In this document: positions 1-13,674 of the stretch, in pieces
Position numbering within the stretch: the first letter of the stretch is position 1
Layout of the letters: each line of letters begins with the position of its first letter
Origin: Octopus sinensis
Lineage: Eukaryota
Reading direction: 5' to 3'
Assembly (NCBI RefSeq): GCF_006345805.1
Contig: NC_043015.1
Span: forward strand, 13,330,001-13,394,000
DNA length: 64,000 bases
Notes under the pieces: model-generated
Databases searched by the model: none
Seen by the model: the letters and a program-made list of their open reading frames with translations, nothing else
What the model was told of the DNA's origin: nothing
Translations under genes and position numbers: made by a program

Positions 1-92
1 CAAGAAGTGGACAGATGTACATATATACATACATACATCCATACATACATGTGTGTGTGTGTGTATGTATGTGTATTAATGTGTGTGTGTTA

Positions 93-482
93 TCTCTCTC
101 TATATAAAGCTGAAGTTGTCTGTGTGCGCCAGGTTTGGTAACCTTCAACTAACACTATCTCTTCCGAGACCCTGCGGCGCAAGTTGACCAAAATTGAGAT
201 TATGATAGAAGAAGGGTTGCTCTTCCTTACGTAGAAGATAAAATTCAAATCGGACCATGTTAACACCAAAAATTATTTACATCAAAAAGGTGCTTTTTTC
301 TATGAAAATCCCTATTTTTTACGATTTTTTCACTGCTGTGTCGCCACTTTTCGGTGTATTTCAACCAGAAAAATGTTCACTTGAAGAGAATAACAAGCTA
401 CATAATGCAAAATTTTTACTTTTCAAAAGTTCCAATTCCAGCGAGTTGAAACAAACCCGAGCAACGCCGGGCGATAATGCTA

Positions 483-483
<1 letters not shown>
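93..483 (+). mobile_element. Non-autonomous Helitron
   Basis: Starts TC after an A (a|tctctctctatataaagc) and ends in hairpin cccgagcaacgccggg (456-471) followed by CTAG (480-483) and a T. These are the canonical Helitron termini in an A-T target. Confidence 0.8.
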
Positions 484-555
<72 letters not shown>

Positions 556-558
<3 letters not shown>

Positions 559-740
559 TATATGGGTACAGGACGTCACCAACTATAAACAACATGTAGT
601 ACGAAAACAAGCGAGTTGAGTACATAAACACCGAGAGAAAAACATTAAAAACAGGACAAGTAACACAAATAACGACCCATCATCAGTTGTCGGCTATGTA
701 TCTACTCACACATGCACACACACACACACACACACACACA

Positions 741-772
<32 letters not shown>

Positions 773-960
773 GTATTGGTATGTTGATGCAAATAGGAAA
801 ACTAGAACTCAAGATGTGAGTATATGTACATTTATATTTAACAGAATTAACAGAGTGACTTAAGGTCCGAGAGTTTCGTGCGTTAGTTTGATAAGTGCCA
901 ACGCACGAAGCTCTCGGATTTTGAGTCACTCCGTTACTTTTGCTTAATATTAAGATGTGT
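556..960. mobile_element. PLE-type terminal-repeat fragments including a 36-bp-arm hairpin with a degenerate hammerhead motif
   Basis: Arms 849-884 and 900-935. TTGATAA-GTGC-CAAC-GCAC-GAAG at 888-910. Segment 556-705 resembles 31735-31960 and 32990-33185; 775-840 resembles 59495-59560. Confidence 0.5.
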
Positions 961-972
961 ATGTGTGTGTGA

Positions 973-1045
973 GCGGGCGCCCGCGCAAACACATACATAC
1001 ACACATACATACATATATACATACATACATACATACATACATACA

Positions 1046-1077
<32 letters not shown>

Positions 1078-1280
1078 CATACATACATACATACATTTAT
1101 ATGTATGTATGGCAACGTCTGAAAGACTACTTTGAAATATTTATACACACACACACACACACATATATATATATTATACACATTTATACGTACACACATA
1201 TATACATACATACAAACATGTATATACATATATACATATATATATATATATACATATATACATATACATATATACATATA
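973..1280. repeat. (CATA)n/(CA)n/(TA)n compound microsatellite
   Basis: Directly visible. Confidence 0.95.
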
Positions 1281-1553
1281 TTTCAAAGTAGTCTTTCTGA
1301 TGTTGCTATAGGATATTCTTTTATCAAAATATTATATTGCGCAAGCAGGTAATACTTTGAAGGCATTTTGTAGCAGTTGCTAATTATACGGTTATGTCGT
1401 CCATAGAAATATTACATAATCGACATATTCGGTTGCATTGTTGAATATTTTAAGAGCTTCTCTTGCAGTTTTATCCAACAGTCATTTTAAAGTTATATTT
1501 TGCTCGAGGATTACAATACCATAGTCTACGAGAAATGATGTGATGTGTTCTTA

Positions 1554-1768
1554 ACTCTTTTACTCTTTTACTTGTTTCAGTCATTTGACTACGACCATGC
1601 TGGAGCACCGCCTTTTAGTCGAGCAAATCGACCCCAGGACTTATTCTTTGTAAGCCTAGTACTTATTCTATCGGTCTCTCTTGCCGAACCGCTAGGTTAC
1701 GGGGACGTAAGCACACCAACATCGGTTGTCAAGCGATGCTGGGGGTGGGGGGACAAACACAGACACAC

Positions 1769-1799
<31 letters not shown>

Positions 1800-1978
1800 T
1801 ACATACATATATACGATAGGCTTCTTTCAGTTTCCGTCTACCAAATCCACTCACAAGGCTTTGGTCGGCCCGAGGCTATAGTAGAAGACACTTGCCCAAA
1901 GGTGCCACGCAGTGGGACTGAACACGGAACCATGTGGTTGGTAAGCAAGCTACTTACCACACATCCACTCCTGCACCT
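1554..1978 (-). mobile_element. tRNA-derived SINE, family B (ggttcagtcccactgcgtggcac head, gagtaaaagag tail)
   Basis: Reverse complement of the family seen at 3036-3543, 36868-37236 and 54700-55090. Confidence 0.85.
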
Positions 1979-2245
1979 ATATGTTCTAACACATTTCTTG
2001 TTTAAGTGATATATATATAATCCTTCTCCTCCAGGTAAATGTTAAGGTAGTTCACTTACACACTTCTAGGATCACGTAGGATATTATCAAATGTTGAGCA
2101 TTTCTGAGCTGTAAACTCCCGTCTTTTACGATATTGTTTTTCTAATACCTTAATGACACTCAAATAGTTGCTGGACTCATCTTAAGCATTTTATTTGTCT
2201 TTTCCCTGAAATATAGTCTTTCCGTTACAATATTTCTGTGGAATA

Positions 2246-2453
2246 AGGCGGTCAGCAGACAGAATGGTTAGCAAGCCGGCCAAAATGCTTAGCAGCGCTT
2301 CGTCCGTCTTTTTGTTCTAAGTTCAAATGCCACAAAGGCCAAAGTTGCTTTTCATCCTTTGGGTCGACAGAATAAGAATCAGCTGAGCACTGAGGTCGAT
2401 GTAATCGACTCGCGCCTTCCCCAGAAATTGCTGGCCTTGTGCCAAAATTTGAG
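2246..2453 (+). mobile_element. tRNA-derived SINE, family A (ggcgagctggcagaaacgttagc ... gtcgactttgcctttcatcc)
   Basis: Matches more than 15 similar copies in the window. Confidence 0.8.
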
Positions 2454-2579
2454 ATCAGTATTTCTGCGGAAGACTCCAATTATAATTGAAAAAGTTTCAG
2501 GTTTTAACACCAACGAAGAAGATTTATTTCTACAGTGCTATCAAATATCCCGTAATAGTACCGCATACCATTGTGTGAG

Positions 2580-2905
2580 GAAGCACTCCGTCAGTTACGA
2601 CGACGAGGGTTCCGGTTGATCCGATCAACGGAACAGCCTGCTCGTGAAATTAACGTGTAAGTGGCTGAGCACTCCACAGACACGTGTACCCTCAACGTAG
2701 TTCTCGGGGATATTCAGCGTGACACAGAGAGTGACAAGGCCGGCCCTTTGAAATACAGGTACAACAGAAACAGGAAGTAAGAGTGAGAGAAAGTTGTGGT
2801 GAAAGAGTACAGCAAGGATCACCACCATCCCTGCCGGAGCCTCGTGGAGCTTTTAGGTGTTTTCGCTCAATAAACACTCACAACGCCCGGTCTGGGAATC
2901 GAAAA
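2580..2905 (-). mobile_element. tRNA-derived SINE, family C (head 1 + tail 1)
   Basis: Head shared with 31324-31490; tail shared with 11180-11372. Confidence 0.8.
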
Positions 2906-3035
2906 CCATTGTGTAGTATTGTAGGAAGAACTGTCTGACTGACATATCTTTTTTAAGTTTGTTGTAATATTGTTTGGCCATTCTAGCTTAGTTAACAATA
3001 ATTTTGTACGATACATTTTAAAATCTTGAAGGTAT

Positions 3036-3195
3036 TGCTTACGAACTACATGGTTCCGGGTTCAGTCCCACTGCATGGTACCTTGAGCAAGTGTCTTCTG
3101 CTATAGCCTCGGGCCGACCAAAGCCTTGTGAGTGTATTTGATAGACGGAAACTGAAAGAAGCCCGTCGTATATATATATATATATATAATATATA

Positions 3196-3245
<50 letters not shown>

Positions 3246-3254
3246 ATGTATATA

Positions 3255-3290
<36 letters not shown>

Positions 3291-3295
3291 TGTGT

Positions 3296-3333
<38 letters not shown>

Positions 3334-3543
3334 GTGTGTGTCTGTGTTTGTCCCCCCCGACATCGCTTGACAACCGATGTTGGTGTGTTTACGTCCCCGT
3401 AACTTAGCGGTTCGGCAAAGAGACAGATAGAATAAGTACTAGGCTTGCAAAGAATAAGCCCTGGGGTCGATTTGCTCGACTAAAGGTGGTGCTCCAGCAT
3501 GGCCAGAGTCAAATGACTGAAACAAGTAAAAGAGTAAAAGAGT
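3036..3543 (+). mobile_element. SINE family B with internal (TA)n expansion
   Basis: Conserved head and tail blocks either side of the microsatellite. Confidence 0.85.
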
Positions 3544-3964
3544 ATAGGTAGCATTTATTGTTTCGAGCAAGGAAGACCGAAATATCATTGATATAAATGT
3601 TTTCGGATTGGAAAGAAATCTTCTTACTTTTAACCATCAACGTAGACATCTCTTTTTGCCAAGTTCTACTTCTATAATGACCGAGAAAATAATTAAAATC
3701 AGTTGTTTCTTAGCATTGTGGATGTCCAGATCTTTAGATCTTTGGCAAATAAATTGCATATTATATTGGTGCTTCTCTTTTATGCAGTCATTAAAATTGC
3801 CAGAAAAAGCAGCCAGAAATAGTTAACGCAAGGGTTGATGCCCTAGACAAGCTGAACTTTTGTGTCCTTACATGAATTATTTTAAAAAGTGTTTGACAAG
3901 GAGAAAAAACTAAAAGTGTAGAAATAAAGGTTTATTGCAGTTTGTTAGATGTAAGAATGAAACA

Positions 3965-4332
3965 GGCGCAGGCGCAGTTGTGTAGTAAGAAGTTTGCTTC
4001 TCAACCACACGGTTCCGGTTTCAATTCTTACAACGTGGCACCTTGGCTAGTCTTTTTAACGGTACCCCGGCTTGAACAAAGCCTTATAAATGGACTTGGT
4101 AGACGGAAACTGAAAGAATCTCGTCATATATTTATGTGTGTGTGTCTTTGTGTTTGTCCTCCACATCCGGTGTTGGTTTGTTTAAGTCTCCGCAACTTAG
4201 CGGCTCAGCGAAGAAACCGATAGAAAAAGTACTAAGTTTCAAAAAGTAAGTACAAAGGTCGGTTTGGTCAACTCAGACCCTTAAAGGCGATGTCTCAACA
4301 TGGCCGCAGTCCAATGACTGAAACAAGAAAAA
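3965..4332 (+). mobile_element. SINE family B (diverged)
   Basis: Contains gtggcaccttgg ... gacggaaactgaaagaa ... atgactgaaacaag. Confidence 0.75.
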
Positions 4333-6759
4333 GATTTATTTTAATACTTTGCCTTTGTATTTCTATGAATATCCCAAACACATGACATGTATCCTTGCAT
4401 ACTCCTCAAGCTGCCAGTACCGTCAGCTGACCCTGGAAATAGCCAAATCTCTCTAAAATCGTATTTTCTAGAGACGCGAAGAATACGTTGAACAATTCCG
4501 TCGTGGTTATACAAACAGATGAAAGAATAATCAAAGAACGCCTTTAATCAGGGATTAATCAACGCAAATTATTGGGTTCACTTGCAAAATAAGCATGGAG
4601 AAACTGTCTCCTGGAAATATTCCTTTTGAAAAATCTGTAGCATGAGAGACACTTTACTTTCAGTTACAAGTTTGCCGTAAGGTAACTCACATGAACCTTT
4701 CAATAGCAGTAGCATCTAAGTAATTTCATCATAATGCAATGGCTGTAGCACTTTTAAATAAGCAATAGTCTGCAATCAAGCCATACCTGCAGCTACGATT
4801 CCTGCAGTGTTTATATTTACGTTTATATACATAGATTTGTCAATTTAAAAATTGTTATGCACTTCTTCACACCTCCTTCATTCCAACAGCCTGAACTTGT
4901 TGGATCACTTATTGTCTTGAAAAAAATTGGTTTCGACACCGTCTCTAAATCTTAGTTAAACATTAGTTTAAAGAAGCAAATCAGCAAGATTTAATCTTTT
5001 ATATACATCAGAGAATAGTCTTCTTTAGAACGAGAACATCCAATGCTAGTATACAACTATGAGCTACCTTGCTATTGTCTTTCCATTGTACAACTTTCCC
5101 ACTAATTCAGCAAATCCTTTGTAGTTGATAGAATATGTTTAATGTTTGATTTTGCTGCGATATTCGGGCTATTTTACTAACTTACTACTTCCTTTAATTC
5201 TCCGATTTACAAATTGTCGGTTGGAGGCAAACTCCATAGTTAATGTTCTGAGTTTCTAACATCTTGAGTTCTCGTCTCACTGATATCAACTTGTTATAAA
5301 AGAAATTTCACTTTAGAACCGCCTTACATTTTATAGATTTTTATTGGATGGGGCTGTTTGTCTTATTCTTTATATATATGATACGAATAAACCTGATTAT
5401 AATCTCCTGATGGCGTCTACATATTCTGATTGTAACAAACTATAGCTAAGGGCTTCTTGTATTAAGGCTGTTGTTTAATCGCAAGTTAGCTTAGGTCGAG
5501 CAGAACTATAATCAAAATTCGGTTATAACCATCTTCTCTTACTTTCTAACAGTGTATCCGATTTGTTTTTAGTAAGGTAGGGTATAATTTCAAAGAATTT
5601 TGTCTGCTATATCTAGCAGCTAGAGCGATCACATAGAGACTCCCACGTTTACTCGTTCTAGTGTTATCTACTTGGATAGTTTATATTGAGTAATTCTATT
5701 ATCATATGCATTAGACGTGTATCTTATGAACTGTTTAGGATATTAAATACTATGTACGCTGTGTACAATTACGTTAATTGTACATACTCTTTCCTCCGTG
5801 TAGCTTCAAACAATATCGTCTATGTATGTATATATAATCGTCCTAATTCGTTAATGTGTGGGATATACTTCTGTATATGTATAATCACAAGTTCGCATGC
5901 ACATACACATACACACACATTAGTTTTAAAAGGCCCTCCGTAACTTCGCAACTATAATTAAGAATACAACACAGCTTGATGTTTGGCAACAAGATACACA
6001 CCCCGGGAACACTAACAGAGCGAAATATCTTATCAAGATCACAAAGAAAATGCTTGCAGTTAAATACTAATTTACAATCCATTATAACAGTTTTCAATGT
6101 TGCAGAGTTTGCATACAAGGTAAAAGAAATAGAAAAATTAACTCACAAAAGCTAACTAATGGACTCTACCTATGGTTTGAATATTACATTATAGTGCTTA
6201 CAATTAAATAAGAAGAGACCAATCTAAAGAAAATTCATCCTTTCGATAGCACTTTCAAAGAAATGGATAAAGATAAGCTTAAATAAATTAGCGTCTTGGA
6301 ACCATCTCCTTGAAACAGAACTAAAATGGCGGCTGGTTTCTCCTTGCATATGTTTTGAATAATACGAAGTACAGTGGGAAGAAAAATGAGTGCAGCTTGG
6401 GGCAAATCGAATATCTAATCAGTGATATTATTCTCTTGTGTTGTACAACAATAATCTTTGACCAAATCTTAGGTCAACTCAAATCTGTTGTGTAGAAAAC
6501 ACTCCAGGCCGAAAATTTGTTCTTGTTGACATTTAACTATTTAAACGATGAATGGATTGTTAGAGAATCATTACTAAACAAATAAAACAAAAAACGGAAG
6601 CTTTTATCAAAGTATGAAAACTTCCATGCAGTCTAGAACCATACATTAATACATAGATAATATATTGCAAAACACACCACAAACTACAATCGGAATTAAT
6701 TGAATTAAAAAGAAAATATTTGCTTTAAAATAATTTTGATGTTATATAGAATTATCTGC

Positions 6760-7500
6760 ATTGTTGATAAACACTCCAAAAACATCCGTCTCACCTTCAC
6801 ATCCAACCTTTACCAAACCATAAGTGTTTCTGCACCTATCGAATCTAACGACCACTTATCTTGTCGCGATGACTTACTAAACATCCACTTACTTCGTAAT
6901 GGTCCCCTTACCAGACTATATTGTATATAAAGTCATCTAACAAGTCAGGGCTCCACCAGTTCTGGGCAAACTATCCCTAGTTGTATACATGCTTTATTCC
7001 TGACCTATCAGAAACAGCTAGGTGACTGATGGAAAACATCCTTTTGAGCAGATATGGGCAACCTTTTTTGAGAAGCAGATCTCATGAGGCATGGCTCATC
7101 ATCAAACGAACTATATTATTTTTAAAAAATGACGCCAATTTTTCGTTAAATTTGTTATTTAGGAAATCTCGCGTACCGCAGGTTATCCATGACTGCTCTT
7201 AGGTATGTGCCTTACTATCTCCACACAACCGAACCTCACAGTCCCAAGACCCCACCACCACTACCTTCACTACTGAGTTATTCACTTACATATAGCTATA
7301 TTACAGCAGTTCAGGCAAAGAATAAGATCGACAACGCTCGAAGAAAACCATCGACTTTTACAAACTGGCTTTGACCCACAACCTCTACAGGGCCATTACT
7401 TATCTGAACAGCGAAGGATACCTTCACGTATCGCACAGACCGCAAGCACACTCACCTCCTAAACTGTAGATCCTTTTTGTTCCTTGCCAAAATAATCTTC
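6760..7500 (+). pseudogene. Very decayed Penelope-like RT/GIY-YIG remnant
   Basis: Fragment NIRLTFTSNLYQTISVS resembles the PLE RT thumb region (compare HPSLQFTSTISNTSVNFLD at ~46.9 kb). The rest is heavily degraded. Confidence 0.35.
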
Positions 7501-8037
7501 ACTAATTTTACAGAATTCATAAAGGAAACTCGTTTTTCCTTTATTTCTAACTCTAATCCCCCACTTCTCACTCTCACCTTTTCTTCTTTCCATCATATTT
7601 GAAAACATGTCAAGCATACCCCATTCCTTAGAAAGGCAATCCTGAGCCCGCCGACTCCCAACTGCATCGTCCTTATTGTTTACAAATTATTTCAGATAGA
7701 TATTATTGGAGTTAACGTCCTTGTTTGTTTTAGATTCTAAGTGACTCAGGTTTCACATGAGTACATTTATATTAAAAAGCAAAAAAGAGAAAATGGTTTG
7801 ATAACCTTATCATAGAGAAAAGAAAGGAATTTTTTTACATTTTTATTAAAATATGCCACAAGTTCCAATCGCATAAAACCATGGTGTAACAAAAGGAAAA
7901 ATTTTATTAAATTAAATTTTCATGATACCAGTTTTGGAAGTTCACATGTTTTTCCCACAAAAATCACGAGGTGTTGGTGTTTCGTTCTGACTGTTGCTGA
8001 GTCTTGATGGTAGTCAGCCCAATATGTATTCGTTTCT

Positions 8038-8455
8038 ACTCTAGACACAAGGCCCTAAATTTTGAGAGGGCGGGTCAGTCGATTAGATCAACCCCAGTAT
8101 GAAACTGGTACTTAATTTATCGACCCAGAAAGGATAAAAAGCAAAGTCAACTACGGCGAAATTTGAACTCGGAATGTAAAGACAGACGAAACACAGCTAA
8201 GCATTTCGCCCGGCGTGCTAACGTTTCTGCCAGCTCGCCGCCTGAGTCGGCCCAATATGTATAATGAATTTAAGGCGGCGAGCTTGCAGAATGCTTATCG
8301 GAATTTCGTTCGTCTTCATGTTCTGAGTTCAAAGTCGACTTTGCCTTTCATCATCTCGTGTTCGATAAAGTAAGACCTAGCTGAATATACTAGAGTCGAT
8401 CTAACTGACTTACCCGTACCCTGAAATTGCTGGCCTTATGCCAAAATTTGTAACC
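8038..8455. mobile_element. Two SINE family A copies, head-to-head (8038-8243 minus, 8271-8455 plus)
   Basis: Family A consensus blocks in opposite orientations. Confidence 0.8.
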
Positions 8456-8559
8456 AATATGTATAATAAATTTGACTCTACTAAAAAGATTGAATCCTTT
8501 CAATAGGAAAACTTTATTGTTGTGTATAACATAATTTAGCATTATCTCCTATATTTATC

Positions 8560-9590
8560 AATTGTCTTTTGAGCTTAACTGCAACTAGATGATCACTACG
8601 CGCTTTGGGCCAACAGACAATTTACCAAAGTCATTGCAAATAGCTAGAATATCGTCAGGAAGATAGACAGAGGCTGACATTATTAATTATGTTTTGAAAG
8701 ATATGAAGAATGAAGATTCATTTGATATCTTCTATGATGTTACTGTGTAAAAGGTAGCGAGATACAGTTTCGTTTCAGAACTTGTATTGCAACGGAAGCG
8801 AAAAGCTCTCAAGGAAATTGAAATGGTAACTGGGGAGGTTACACTTCCGTCGACAGTTGTAGCCCATTGCAGAGTAATGCATATTTTAATGTTAAAAAAA
8901 AACATTTCATCAGAAATTATCTATCTTCCTGAGTAACATGAAAGCGGTTAGCTGGGAGAATCGTCAACGCGTCGGATAAACTGTTTAGCGGTATTTCTTC
9001 CGGCCCTGGATTTTCTTGAGTTTCAATTCCGACAAGGTCAATCTTGCTTTTCATTCTTTTGGGTTCGATAAAATAAGAACCAGTCGAGTATTGGAAGGAA
9101 TACAATCGACTTATACCCTCCCTAAAATTGCTGGTCTTGTGCCAACATTTGGAATCATTAAATAACGACGTTGCCATCAATTATTTATTTGTTGAGCTTC
9201 CGGTATTTGAAGTCTCGATGCGAAAGACTTTTGTCATGTAGTCGCTCGGTTGACATTGTAGTGTATTTGAATGAAAAAGAAGCGGAGGAGGGAGAAAAAA
9301 GAAAACTAAAACGATGGCAAGCATCGAATAATAATCAGAGTTTTGTAAAATTTGCCAATATATAAGAATAATTACTTCAACATCTGTTACGACTGAACGA
9401 AGATGTTTTCTAGCAAAACGATTAAAAATATGTCTTCAGTCAAGTATGAAACAAGAGAGATTAAATTCTCTGGCTATACTTCGTATCACAAAGAACAATC
9501 AGATAAAATAAATCTAATTGCAATTGCTGCAGAATTTGCTTCCGAAATGAAAATAGGCAAATGAATTTCAACAGATTCTGATCAGTTTGG
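8560..9590 (+). pseudogene. hAT transposase C-terminal remnant interrupted by a SINE (~8938-9155)
   Basis: Manual translation gives ELVLQRKRKALKE.. and TSVTTERRCFLAKRLKICLQSSMKQERLNSLAIL..HKEQSDKINLIAIAAEFA, which matches the hAT dimerisation-domain pattern (SxERSFSxLKRxKTxLRSTMxQERLNxL). Confidence 0.7.
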
Positions 9591-9629
9591 TGGAAAATTG
9601 AACTGAATAATAGTTGTAAAATTCTTCCT

Positions 9630-10580
9630 ACTATAGGCATAAGGCCTGAAATTTTGAGGGAGAGTGCTAGCCGATTACATCGAGCCCAGGACTCAACTGG
9701 TACTTATTTCATCGACCGTGAAAGTATGAAAAGCAAAGTTGACCAAATTTGAATTCAGAACGAAAAGACCCGGAAGAAATATTGCAAAGCGTTTCTTCCG
9801 GCGCCCTAACTATTCTACCAGTCAATCGCCTTTGTAATAGCTTTATAATTACATTTGCATTTTAAGGTAGCAAGCTAGGAGAGTCGTAAGCACAACAGGA
9901 AAAATGCTTAGCGGCATTTCATCCGTCTTTACGTTCTGGGTTCAAATTCCGTCGAGGTCTACTTCGTTTTCCCTCCCTTTCGGAGTCAATAAAATAAATA
10001 TCAGTTGAGCAGTGGGTCGATGTAATCGACTTTCCCCGTCCCCTCAAAACTGTTGATCTTGTGCCAAAATTTGAAGCCATAATTACGACTGCTTTTAGCT
10101 GTTAGAAAGTCATTGTATAATTAATATTTTACTATACGAAGGCGGCGACCTGGCAGAAACGTTAGCACGCCGGGCGAAATGCTTAGCGGCATTTCTTCTG
10201 CTGTTACGTTCCGAGTTCAAATTCCACCGAGGTCGACTTTGCCTTTCATCTTTTCGGGGTCGATTAAATAAGTATCAGTTACGACTTAATCTCTTTGTCT
10301 GTTTTTGTTTGTCCCCTCCATATTTAGCCCCCTTGTAGGCTATAAAGAAAGAAATATTAATTTATATTAGGCGGTGAGCGAGTAAAATCGTTAGCACGCC
10401 GGGCAAAATGCTTAGCGGCATTTCGCCCGTCGTTACATTCTGAGTTCAAATTCCGCCGTGGTCGACTTTACCGTTCATCCTTTCGGGGTCGATAAAATAA
10501 GTGCCGGTTGAGTACTGGGGTCGATGTAATCGACTTACCCATCCACCCGAAATTGCTGGCCTTGTGCCAAAATTTGAAAT
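9630..10580. mobile_element. Cluster of four SINE family A copies (9630-9832 -, 9862-10078 +, 10139-10350 +, 10369-10580 +)
   Basis: Repeated ttctgagttcaaattcc/gtcgactttgcctttcatc blocks. Confidence 0.85.
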
Positions 10581-11049
10581 CAATGTTGATTTATATTCAA
10601 ACCCGTACATTTAAAAGCAAGGGCTCGAGCAAATATTTTGACCGACATCGATGCCTGTTAACATTAATTTTTAGTGGACCACCCCATCCCTTCCACTGCC
10701 ATCCTTCATGAAAGCAGTTCCACGGTACCTGATTAATTGATCTTCTTAATCTTTTACTGCTTTCAGTCATCTGGCTATATTCATGCTAAGGCTGTTTACA
10801 TTGAAGCTTACAGTTGACTAATTTCGGATCTTTGGGAAACAACGTAAATTAAACTTCCTCGTATCCGTTACTCAACCGGAACTCTCAAGCAACAGACGCC
10901 CAAAAATAAAAGAAAGAAAAGAAAAATGTGATGTTAATTAGTCAAGCGAATTTGCGCTAATTTGCGTTAATTAATTATCATTAAAAGAAAGGAAGTTTCT
11001 ACTGTATTTTAAAATGGATCGTTGCTACTCAAACTACTGTACAGTGGTG

Positions 11050-11372
11050 AGGGCGCGTGGCTTAGTGGTTAGGGCATTCGGCTCATGATCGTAAGGTTGT
11101 GAGTTCGATTCCCGGCGACGCGTTGTGTCCCTGAGCAAGACACTTTATTTCACGTTGCTCCAGTCCACTCAGCTGGCAAAAATGAGTTGTACTTGTATTT
11201 TCAAAGGGTCAGCCTTGTCACTCTCTGTGTCACGCTGATTTTCCCCGAGAACTACGTTAAAGGTACACGTGTCTGTGGAATGCTCAGCCATTTGCACGTT
11301 AATTTCACGAGCAAGCTGTTCCGTTGATCGTATCAGCTGGGACCCTCGTCGTCGTAACCGGCGGAGTCTTTT
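11050..11372 (+). mobile_element. tRNA-derived SINE family C (head 2 + tail 1) with TSD
   Basis: A/B-box-like head (tggcttagtggtt...gagttcgattccc), ttgtgtccctgagcaagacac block, flanked by actgtacagt direct repeats. Confidence 0.85.
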
Positions 11373-11494
11373 AACTGTACAGTATTATATTTGACAGCGT
11401 TTACAGTACTCGTATCTTAAATAAATATAATTTGTTCTTTGCTTAAATTATACTTTTATTTCTTCTTATTTCTCTCATTTCTACTATATTCAGA

Positions 11495-11875
11495 ATATTG
11501 ATTTCAAATTTTGGCACAAGGCCAATAATTTCGGGGGAAGTTATTTCAATTACATCGACCCCAGGGCGCAACTGATGCTTATTTTGTCAACCCCAAAAGT
11601 ATGAAAGGCAAAGTAGACCCCAGCGGAATTTGAACTCAGAACGTGAAGTCGGTCAAAATGCCGCTAATTACTTTTCCCTGTGCGGTAACAATTCTGCTAG
11701 TTCGCCACCTTAAGCTATATTTAGAATATTGGTCACAAATTTTGGCACAGGACCAGCAAGTTCGGGTGAGGGGGTAAGTCGATTGCATCGACCCAAGTAC
11801 TCAGCTGTAACCTATTTTATCGAACTCGAAAGGACGAAAGGTTAAGTCGACCTCAGCGGAAACTATACTCAGAAT
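11495..11875 (-). mobile_element. Two SINE family A copies
   Basis: Reverse-complement family A blocks. Confidence 0.75.
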
Positions 11876-12049
11876 ATTAATGATAATACTGGTGCATATA
11901 TAATCAGTTTTGAAAGGTGCCTTGCTAATCTAAAAAGGGATGATCAGATATCCGGAATATCCAGTTATCCAGCCGCTCTCCAGTCCTAGTGTTGCCGGAT
12001 AGGAGGGAGTTTACTGTATTCAGCATTTGGTGTTTATAATATTCTTTTA

Positions 12050-12730
12050 TTCTTTTACTTGTTTCAGTCATTTGACTACGGTCATGCTGAAGCACTGCCT
12101 TCAAGGGCCTTCAATCGAATAAGTCGACCCCAGGACTTATTCTTTAAGCCTAGTACTTATTCTATCGGCCTCTTTTGCCGAACCGTTAAGTTACGGGGAC
12201 GTAAGCACACCAGCATCGGTTGTCAGGCAGTGATGGGGATAAATACAAAGACACACATATAGTGAAGGTGCATGATCTAGTGATTAAGGTATTGCACTCT
12301 CGATCGCGACATCGCGGTTTCAATTCCTGGACTGGGTTAGTGCGTTGTTTTCTTGAACAAAACATTTCATGTTACGTTGCTCTGCGATCACGGCGACTCC
12401 TGATGAATGGCACACCACACACTTATTCAGGTAATTTGATGGAGAGATTTAGCTAATGCGCAGCACATACATTTGATTGCTATGAACAATCCATTTGTGC
12501 AGGTTTCTTCTGCACCTTGCAGCTAGCTGAGCTCACCTCACCTCCTCTCAAACGTTCCCATCCCACTTGCCTCTTCTCTTATCATCCCCTCCAATGTCCA
12601 CCACCACCACCACCACCACCCAGTCCTCATCTGGGCAAAATGCTTTACATTCTGAGTTCAAATTCCACCAAGGTTGACTTTGCTTTTCATCCCTTAGGGT
12701 TGATAAAATAAGGACCAGTTGAATGTGTAA
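12050..12730. mobile_element. SINE fragments (family B tail -, family C-like +, family A partial +)
   Basis: Shared blocks with other copies in the window. Confidence 0.65.
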
Positions 12731-12989
12731 CCAGTTCAGTTGATTATACAACTGGAACGATCATCCTAGAAACAGATGAAGATCCATTTCCTTTAGTTTT
12801 TGTTTACTTATACTCAGCAAATGAGACAATGAAGTAATCTCTGTGTGGTTGTTCAATTTACTAGAAATAACAGCCAGATCTCCCTCTCACTATGCTCTAA
12901 CATTTTAAAAATGAAGGACACATAAAGCAATGTTGTCCTACAGCTTCAATAAAAATACAGAATGGCTCATTCTGGCCTGACCTGGGTTT

Positions 12990-13460
12990 AAACTGAAAGG
13001 CATTCGTTGCAACGAATGTAAACACAGAAAAACTTCACAAAATATATGTAAAATATATATGATAAATATATGAAAAATTTGTAAAATATTAAGAGAGATG
13101 GCGAAAAATATCTACAATAAAATTCTAATTGATTAATATAAATTTTTATTAAAACAAAACACGCGGGTGAAGTAAATCTCGTGGTGTAAAGAATCAACAG
13201 AACATGTGAGTGAAACACAACACAACGTGCGGTTGTCATGGTAACAAGCTGTTAATGCCTCGTTGTCTGTTGATTGGTTGAAATTAGCCAAATTTTCCAA
13301 ACTTTAATTCCAAAAAACATCAATTCTTTAATTTACGAGATAAAGTAATTGGTTGATCGTAATCAAAATTCAGAATTGCATCGATACACCAAATTTGAAA
13401 GCAATCTGAGCAAAATTAAAGGGGGCTGATTTTGTGAATCAATTTAACTAAATCCTGTTT
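12990..13460. mobile_element. Probable Helentron/HINE-type non-autonomous element
   Basis: Terminal hairpin cattcgttgcaacgaatg next to a ttt/aaac end, plus the ccaaatttgaaagcaatc motif. Classification is inference. Confidence 0.4.
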
Positions 13461-13674
13461 TCTGTTGTTTTTTTTTCTTTCTGGTTCCTTCGATACTGGT
13501 TCTTTGGTTCACTGAGTGACAACTTTCGCTCCAACCTGTACAATTCTTTATTTTCCGTAAAAATTTCTTAGTTACATTCTGCTCGTCGTATTAAGAAACA
13601 TAATTTCCGTTACCAAATTATTTTCATTGTTTACTATCATCTGCACTCGTGTATTTCTGTATACGTATATAACC

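Noticed and set aside
2060-2180. Possible minus-strand exon (DESSNYLSVIKVLEKQYRKRREFTAQKCSTFDNILRDPRS, donor GTAAGT)
   Set aside because: Good donor but a purine-rich acceptor and no recognisable homology.
11050-11125. tRNA genes at SINE heads (also 31324-31400)
   Set aside because: They continue directly into SINE bodies and lack a complete cloverleaf, so they are tRNA-derived SINE heads.
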